Shown in pieces: positions 61,944-64,000 of a stretch of 64,000 nt of DNA. Below the pieces are notes generated by a model, which saw nothing but the letters and a program-made list of their open reading frames with translations, did not search any database and had not been told where the DNA came from. The stretch spans positions 128,601,036 to 128,665,035 of the forward strand of contig NC_085842.1 of NCBI RefSeq assembly GCF_035594765.1, written 5' to 3'. Origin of the DNA: Anolis carolinensis (Eukaryota). The position numbers were made by a program, and so were the translations under genes. How positions within the stretch are numbered: the first letter of the stretch is position 1; each line of letters starts with the position of its first letter.

Positions 61944-63510
61944 CCCACCGCCTCTGGTGAGTAGCTTGCTAATCTCCCATATGTGCGATTTCAACAGAAG
62001 CACCACGAAGAAGATATAGTTGCTTACCTGTAACTGTGTTTCTTCGAGTGGTGTTCTGTGGAATTCGTACAACCTGCCCATCCTCCCCACTGTGATCATG
62101 CCACAGTGCTTCAGCTGCTTCCTGGTGGCTGGGAATTGGGGCTAGCCCTGCCCACTGGGCTTATATACTCTACTGGGGAGAGTGGGCAGGGCCTCCACCA
62201 AAATGTTTCACTGAAAAGTTCTAGAAGGTTCTGAATGCTGTACTGCGCAGGCAATCCCATATGTGCGAATTCCACAGAACACCACTCGAAGAAACATAGT
62301 TACAGGTTAGCAACTATATCTTTTGAATAGTTTCCCAGAATCCCTGCTATGTAATACTGCTGCTGAAAAGAGCCTTTCCCTCCCCATCATTACTAGAAGA
62401 GAAGTTTTGCATGTCTGTGGCAGAGTTGTTACAGCAGCTGCCAATACTTGTGCTTACTTTGACCTTTCTACTATATATGTGCCCCCAAGAGGGCAACATG
62501 GTAGATCACAGCTGAAGCAAAAATGGCCACAGGGTAGAAGTGATGGAGCAGAGCTTTTAATATATTGTGATGTGGCATTGTAGAGTTGTGCACAGTCTTT
62601 AAAGCTTTGGGTGCTTTTATCAGCAACTGCGCAAGAACCCTGGTTTCCCAGAGTCATAATTTGTTTGTAAGAACCCATATGTGTATTAAAGAGCCTTCCA
62701 TTGCAGCAGAGATGAGATTGTACTAGAATCAGACTAATAGAGTAGTGGAGATCCTGGATATACTGGTCTAGTCTCTTCTCTGTACACATGCTATGCTGCC
62801 AGTTATTGACAGTACCAAAATTCTCAAGGTCCTTTGTGATTGTCCATCCTAACACTTGCTCACTTGTGAAGCTTCTATCATCTCCTTTCAGTAATCTGTC
62901 CTAGGACCTCCGCTACTGTTATCTTGAACATTTTGGGGCAGTGGCTTTCCCAGTGGAATCAGTCCTTTCTCTTTTCCTACTACCTTCAGCTTTACCTAGC
63001 ATTATTGTCATTTTTAAGTGAGTCAAATTGTCTCATGGTGTGTCAGTTTAGTAATTTCTAGAAAGACATTTGATTTGCTGTAAAAACAATTTCTAGAAGT
63101 TTGATTTGCTTTAGAAGCAATTTCTAGTAAGGAAGATTTGACTTGCTCTAGAAACAAATTTGCAAAGAAGAAAATAAATTCTATAAATGTTTAATTTGTT
63201 CTTGTTGTTGCTGTCATTCTGTATCTTCAAGTCACTTTGGACTTATTGTAACCCTGAAGCAAACCTATCACAAGGTTGGGGGGGGGGGGGGGTCATGGCC
63301 TTTCTCTGAGGTTCTGAGTGTGAGTGTGAGTTGTCCAAAGTCACCCAGTGGGTTTCCATGGCCAACAGGGATTTTAAATAAACATAGGTAAACATTCAGG
63401 ACATACAAAATGAAGTAATGTAATTATTGAAACTATTAAAAACATAAACTATTTAAATGAAAACAGATAATAGAAAATTGAACACATTGTGCAAGGTGCT
63501 TTCCCACCAT

Positions 63511-63771
63511 CCTCACCAGTACATCTGGTGGGAATATGGAAGCGGGCCTTCTCAATGGCTGCTCCCAGGAACTCCCATCTAAGAGAATCTAAACTAGCAC
63601 CCTCCTTGCTATCTTTTTGCTATCTTCAAAGGCCTTTCAAAACAAAAATGGTATTTCGTCTGCCTGCAAAAAGATAGCAAGGAGGGTGCTAGTTTAGCCT
63701 GAGATAGGAGCTCCTGGGAGCAGCCATTGAGAAAGCCTTCTTCCATATTCGCACTAGATGTACCAGTGAGG
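63511..63771. repeat. Inverted repeat (~110-bp arms, ~45-nt spacer) of an L2-like fragment
   Basis: 63511-63620 is the reverse complement of 63666-63771 with few mismatches; the inner ~30 bp are perfect. Confidence 0.85.
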
Positions 63772-64000
63772 TACATCTGGTGGGACAGAGAGAAGGGCCT
63801 CCCCAGAGCCTCTCAAAGCATGAGCAGTCTATGTAAAAGTGCTGTTGAGCACTTCTTCCTCTCCTGAAGCAATTTCCTAGCCTTCTCAGGAAGGCAAAAA
63901 GACGAATGGACTACCATGGGCTGATCAAGACAGGAGATCTAATTTTAAACCATTTCATTCATTGCTCCCTTTTCTCTTTCCAGTTTTTAGTTTTCTATAT

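Larger units (their letters stand above)
55661..62318 (+). mobile_element. Full-length, decayed DIRS1-like tyrosine-recombinase retrotransposon in WDR83OS intron 3
   Basis: Left ITR 55661-~55830, right ITR ~62135-62293 plus extension to 62318, ICR ~61975-62070 complementary to both termini; gag, RT/RNase H, methyltransferase and YR ORFs in canonical order. Confidence 0.95.

Overview
Vertebrate genomic DNA, almost certainly a squamate and probably an Anolis-like lizard (Sauria-type SINEs, BovB, Penelope, DIRS, Vingi-like and R4/Dong elements). It holds the syntenic block TNPO2 (3' 11 coding exons, +), FBXW9 (complete, 10 coding exons, +), WDR83/MORG1 (complete, 9 coding exons, -) and WDR83OS/PAT-complex Asterix (first 3 coding exons, +; the last exon is beyond the window). 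All exons were read by hand from GT-AG boundaries and recalled protein similarity. Two intronic box C/D snoRNAs sit in TNPO2: SNORD41 and a second guide apparently aimed at 18S rRNA. Between FBXW9 and WDR83, where human has GNG14 and DHPS, I find only a decayed GNG14-like first exon and no DHPS. The most notable structures are: a full-length DIRS tyrosine-recombinase retroelement (55661-62318) with ITRs, ICR, an unexpected 13-bp flanking direct repeat, a duplicated methyltransferase module and a nested MITE; an RTE LINE inserted 2 nt before the FBXW9 exon 2 acceptor AG; five Penelope-borne minimal hammerhead ribozyme motifs; a nested TE pile-up in the probable TNPO2 3'UTR; and three R4/Dong fragments stacked in a (TAA)n tract. 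No database searches were run; family names come from recalled motifs.
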